DNA from: Octopus vulgaris
Lineage: Eukaryota
Assembly: GCA_951406725.2 (NCBI GenBank)
Contig: OX597821.1
Coordinates: 61,504,001-61,568,000, forward strand
Reading direction: 5' to 3'
Length of the DNA: 64,000 nt
The notes under the pieces are model-generated. The model searched no databases, had not been told where the DNA came from, and saw only the letters and a list, made by a program, of their open reading frames with translations. Positions 57,889 through 64,000 of this stretch are shown one piece after another. The position numbers and the translations under genes were made by a program. Within the stretch, counting starts at the first letter, position 1, and every line of letters starts with the position of its first letter.

Positions 57889-58578
57889 AATGTAAGATCC
57901 TTGGACCTACACATTCTGAACGCATCTTCAATGTTTCAACATGTACCTCCTTGCGATAATGTAGCCCTTAATTGCATCAAGATATCTTTGGCCTGAAGAA
58001 TAGCCTGCCTGGAAGTTTCCCACTTCTGAGGTCCCGCTCGCTATGAAACATATGTAGCCCGGATCTTAACTGCTCCATTCCGTAACAGATGTATACACAC
58101 ACACACACGCGCGCATTGTTACACACACACACACACACTGACACACACACACGTATGGAAATAAAGTTGTTTTGACTGTTCTAACAATGTTGGTACTACT
58201 TAGCTCCTTCTGTCACTCTAGTGACGTCTATAAATTTGCCATTAGGTTGTTAAATTGCTAATAAGCAACCCATATTATTTATAGATACATACTGACATTT
58301 ACAAACACACACAAGCAAACACACACACACACATACACAGAGACAGACACACAAACAGATTTCAGTGCAGTGTTGAAGTTCTTGCAGTTCAGTTTCTATA
58401 CACAGCAGTGTAAACAAGAAAGACTAGACACGCACAAACATTAAGACTGATAAATCATTTAAAGAAAACATGATATGATGAGAAATAATGTACTTCAGAG
58501 AATTGATTGTAAGATTATGCAAAACGTATCATGGTCCCAATAGAACAGTTGCAATGAAAACATTAAATTTATTCAACA

Positions 58579-58657
<79 letters not shown>

Positions 58658-59299
58658 TTGTTCTATTACAATTTCCGAATATCCCATTCCATCATTTACA
58701 AAAGAAATTAGGAATTGTTAAGACATTCACAACTCTCAATACCGCTGAAATTAGTAGAATAACGCATGCGGGGTGGTTTTCCTACCATTTATGTAGTTCA
58801 TTTACTCATTATAATTTAAAAAGGAAGGCATTTGAGTCTTTGATGTTTTCCGCTATGATACAGTAGAGTTGTATGAATTTGTAAAGATGATCGAAATTAG
58901 ATTTAGGAATAATTTTAAGATTTTAACAATTATTAAATCTCAAGTTGAAACAAGAAAATTGTGAAAGTAAAAATATTTTACCATTTTTTTCTCCTTTTAG
59001 TAAGCATCATATATACAACTGTTGATAGACAAAATACTATGTATCGCAGTTATGCAATAAAAACATGGTACATGCTGTTTCTTTACGTGATAAACATCGA
59101 TGCGAGTGGTGGTTTACATGTATTGAAGCTGTTCGTAAAAATCTAGAAATAATGGAACTCCACCAAAATGCTGAAACATCAGCAATATAACTTGTCTTCT
59201 GTAGACTACTTTTGTCTACTTGTCTTCTGTAGACTAATAGTGTAGTGAACATGAATATAGTAACTATCTACAATATATATAATAATAAAAAAATAAATG

Positions 59300-59542
59300 C
59301 GCCCTTTTAAAGCCTAACCAGGCTCATGGGCCCGGTTTCCCGGTTTCTATGGCGTATGTTTCCCAGCTGGACGGGATGCCAGTCCATCGCAGCGTTACTC
59401 ATTTTTGCCAGCTGAGTGGACTGGAGCAACGTGAAATGAAGTGTTTTGCTGAAGAACACAACGCGTCACCGGGTCCCGGAATCGAAACCACAAACTTACG
59501 ATCATGATGCTGACACCCTAACCACTATGCAACACGCCTCCA
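59300..59542 (-). mobile_element. tRNA-derived SINE, well preserved
   Basis: The minus strand starts GGAGGCGTGTTGCATAGTGGTTAGGG (A box) and has GGTTTCGATTCC (B box), followed by a body TTGTGTTCTT..GCAAAACACTTCATTTCACGTTGCTCCAGTCCACTCAGCTG. Confidence 0.75.
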
Positions 59543-61048
59543 CATATATAATAATGGGTTCAAATATATAGAAATCACTCATACAAGGAACGTTTTATTC
59601 TATGCACACACAACACATTCTCAGTACATAAGAAGCAACCTGGTAAATTACTGTAATCATTAAAATAAACTGAATTTGCAAAAACCTATTTCAGCTGTCA
59701 GAATTAATTTTTTCCTAAAGGACTTTATTTTTATAAACTTTTATATATCTCCACCTCGACACATAACACATCCACCTAAGCTCAAAGCTATTCCTGTCGG
59801 TAAAATCCCGGAATTTCATTCCTTTCAGAACTTTTATTTTTCAATTTATCCATCAATGTGAGGCACCGTTCGATGGTTTCCATACATAGGATTTTTAGTT
59901 CAATATTTGCACGCTATTATCCACGACTTTCTCCGACTTATACCATTTAAAAGGACAGATTTTCGACTGGTTCCTAGTGTGGTCAATATGAACCGGTGCC
60001 CAGGTCCAATGTAATGTCGTTCGTTAACAAAGCCTCCTGTCACCCACGAAGGGTTTTAGAGTAAGGATTCAAATCTTGTGCTCAAGTATTGAAATCTTGA
60101 TTCCCCCCTCAGATCCTATTACAATGAGATTTTTGGTGTCCAGTTGGTTTAAAAACCGCATCTTCTATGTTCTCGTCCTAACACTCACTAAAAGGGAAAT
60201 CATTGGCATGTCGTTTGGCTTTCCCTACCATTTACGCTCAATGTCAAGACTTGCGTGGGGAGGATATTCTTTAGATTCGTGGACAAGCAGTTCACACAGT
60301 CACACATATACGGATGGTGGTTTAACAGACACTAATTAAGTCCCTCCTTCAGTTGTGCACCTAGCGTTGAAAAGTATTACTGAGCAGACCTAAACCACGT
60401 GCAAAGGTTGGATGTATATGCAGGGTTGAAATGAGTACTCAGTGGAAGTGGGGTTTCGATGCAACACAGAGAGTGTCCTCTGTGAAGCTGAGGAAGTGGT
60501 TGACACTGGTGACTGCAGAGTCAGTGACATCAATATTAGCAACTGCATCAACAACAATAACGACACCAAGAACACAGCCACCAATAAAATCAACAACCAC
60601 TGAAATTGCACGAAAAAATGTAACTCCAAAGAGAATGTAAAAAACATATTTTTCAGTTAATCCTAAACTCGAGTTTCTGTATTAATGCACAAATAAATCG
60701 ATTTGTCATCTCTTCTTCATCAGTGGGATCGCTTAAGACATATAATTATGTAGCAAATACACACTAAAATACCACGTATGCTGCATACTTATACATTTAC
60801 GTTTTCAATTCAACCGCGTAAGGGCAATTATATAGTCAGCAGCACAGTTGGGACTCCTTAATAGTGCCTTTTTGATAATATTCTTTCGTAATCGCCTCTT
60901 TTATGTATAAATACTCTACACTTTATATATGAAAATATGCAGTCTGTTGAGTTTTATTACGCATGCTAGCCACCGGTATGGAATTTTTCTAAATTTTCTA
61001 CTCTTATAATTTTCACAACACACACAAACACGTACACACACACTCATG

Positions 61049-61106
<58 letters not shown>

Positions 61107-64000
61107 TGCATATATGTATACATACACATACCGACACACATTATTTGAGTGATCACATATTTCCTTATGTTAGAGATTCAGTCTCGTTAAATCCATCTTG
61201 CAGGGGATTATTGATGAAAAATTTTTTTTGAAAACCGGTGTCGTAGAATGCTTGCTCGCACATTCGCTTGAGCAAGTCATGTGTGACAAGCGCCAGAAAT
61301 TAAGTCATCAATGAACAAAACTTAACATGAAAAGCGCAAAGGAGGGTAATTCATGCATAACAAGGGACTGTGCGTGTTCAGGCGTTTAGGTTACGAATAG
61401 TAATTACGGTTAAAAATTTGAATTATTAAAAGGAATAATTAAACTGATAATATTAATTGAGTATAATTGAAAGTGATACTGCAAGGCAATTGTTAAAAGG
61501 GAGATAACTTAAGTGTTATCAGATGAAATAGCTGGAGGTGATTTTAATTTAAGTTTTCAGAGAAAATAATTACATTAATTAAAGCAATCAATAGAAGAGG
61601 ATAGTCTGTCAAAAATTTCCGAAACAAAAGTGAATCAGTTATAGTGCTTCTCTGTTGGGGCTACTTAATAGTGCATTTTTGATAATGTTCTTTCATCATT
61701 TAAATATCAGTGTTCTATTCAATTTGCAAGATAAATATTAGCAGCTAAATGTCAAACTTGTTCACTATTCAGGTCTCAGATATTAATGCTATAGTTTCAC
61801 AACTACGACTGGAGTCCATAAAATATATGCAAAAAATAATTGCTCAGCTTTGTGCTATCAAAACACGGTCACACTATATAAATTGTAATTATGATTCCTA
61901 ATATCTGAGAAAGCAAATTTAAGCATCAGGCTTCAAAGGGATTTTGATGCTTAAAGTTTAAAAACTGAATGCCGATTAATCAACTCAAAGAAACATCAAC
62001 AAAACCTATTCAAGAAAATCATACTAAATTCTATAGATATTACAATTCGAAAAGAGACCAACCTAATACAACAGGATTCGAGTTATGTTAAGCGTTCAAT
62101 CTAATCGAAGGCAAATTGAAACGAATCTCTCAGTTCAATATTTGAATGGACTAAATCATTAAGTCCTTCATATCATTTACTGCAAGTAGTAGTTTTCCGT
62201 AAAAAAAATTATAATATTATTTAAGAAAACACTAATATAATAACTGAAACAAAAAGCTACTGTTTTATTATAGTTCTTTCTGAAAAACTTGAAATTTCTT
62301 GTAATTCAGCAGGAAATTATTTCTATCATTATCAAAGTTTTAACTACCAGTATTATGTTCCCGAGCTATCATAGATACAACCAATGGAAATATCCTTTCT
62401 GCTGAATCTATGTTAACTAGGAAAGAGCACAAATACCAATACTCGTCATTCTGCAAATTTAACTTACATTTAGAAATAGAATAACATTTACAAATTCAGG
62501 AAGATACTGCGATGATGCCCTTAAGATTAACACATGCAGATACGTGAATCAGAATAGCACATTAAAACCCCAATGTCAAAAACACTAAATTTCTAGGCAC
62601 ATTACTAGGCTTGAATAGTAGTAGCAACAATGCAGGAAGGTGAAGCAAGAAAGAACATCCAGGATTAAATCTTTTAAAGATCTATCACAGTTACAATATT
62701 CTCATACTCATTTCCGTTATATTATCCATCACGTTAGTAGTTATACTACGCCATGCGATAACAGATAACTTATACAGAACAGTTGCAAAATATAATAGTA
62801 ACACATAGTAGCAAGAATATAATCGGACATATATTATATATGTTATATATATTATATATTATATATATTATATATATTAAAACAAAATATTTCGACAAAA
62901 ACAACATTGATTATATAGCTGTTATATATTCTCAAACGTTCTTAGAGAGATATAAGATATTTAGTTGTAACTCAGTAAAATTCAGCTATATTTGTTTATG
63001 AGACATAACCTTACAATGTCCAAGTATAAAATTAATATACAGTATCTCTGGTTCGAATTTATCACTAGAGTAGTAGCTAATTATAATCTTCATATAAAAA
63101 AGAGCTTATGAAAAATGCTGATGCATCGAAACTACAGTGGAATATGTAATATTCCGATCAAATGATCTAATTAATGAAACCTTGAAATGGCCTCACTATA
63201 TATTAAAAATTTGTGCAACCTAAAACGCATGACTCGCTGATTGTTAATACATTGACAACGATAAAAGGAATGTTTTCTTCTTGGATTACAAGAATATTTA
63301 AATTACAGTCCTGATACATACTGAAGGCAATCAATCCAAATTTCGAATCCACATGAGATGAAATTTAAAATGGGGCTTCACTAAGTGCACGATCACACTC
63401 TGCACTAACGTAGTCCATTGACTCGGTTACGAGATTGGTTATTATCAACGAGTTTAATTCGATTTACTGTTTTACATTCAAATCATGAAGTGTAATATTT
63501 CATGGAAATTTCTGTAATATGAGCTGAGATCAAGGTAGGATGAAATCAGCTTCACCTGAATCCACAAACTTATTAAGCTGTTGCAAAATTTATGTGGTCT
63601 GTGTAACCTTTTCATTATAGAAATTATGTGTTTGTAGTGAGCAAACCGTTTAAGGCAATATCAATGCATAGGATTCGGAGGAAGCGATTTATTACTGTCC
63701 GCAAAGTTATCTCTGATAAATTATGTGTAATTACAAAAAGGATTAGGGATTGCTTTATTGAAGTCATTACGGCGTTGTATTTTACGTCAGGCATTTTAAT
63801 ATTTAAAATATTTTCTTTTTCCTAAATTATGAACCACACCCAATAAACAATCCAATACTGTGACTGATTCAACATAATTCATCCCGGAATATTTGATCAC
63901 CATGTCTCCCTCTAATTATACAAATTAGTTTAATAATTTTCCTTTGAATTATTACAAAGACAAGGGGTCAAATTAGCAGGATCGCTATAATTCGGTTCAA

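Noticed and set aside
59480-59542. tRNA gene
   Set aside because: A and B boxes are present but there is no acceptor stem, and it continues into a SINE body.

Overview
This is AT-rich, microsatellite-dense eukaryotic DNA with no host gene I can support. The SINE families and (TA)n/(AAT)n load suggest an octopus genome, but that is an inference. The window is mostly retroelements. (1) At 0.3-8.6 kb is a stack of same-strand R4/Dong-type restriction-like-endonuclease (RLE) LINEs separated by simple repeats, including one near-full-length copy (4614-8590). (2) A 5'-truncated Naiad-type Penelope-like element (PLE; RT plus GIY-YIG, minus strand) lies inside an 8.4-kb palindromic structure with 2944-bp near-identical arms (31736-34679 / 37234-40177). 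(3) There are many type I hammerhead ribozyme (HHR) motifs: two head-to-head pairs (31512-31635, 42542-43258), a 397-nt tandem unit (57067-57842), minimal HHRs at the ends of the giant arms, and a dispersed ~190-bp family. Nearly all sit beside or between (TA)n arrays. Two signals stand out. One is the recurring tails-outward inverted architecture at three scales. The other is a dense cluster of A-to-G differences around an internal hairpin (34165-34860), which looks like ADAR hyper-editing fixed by reverse transcription. Mariner/Tc1, RTE and SINE relics fill much of the rest. All alignments and folds were done by eye.
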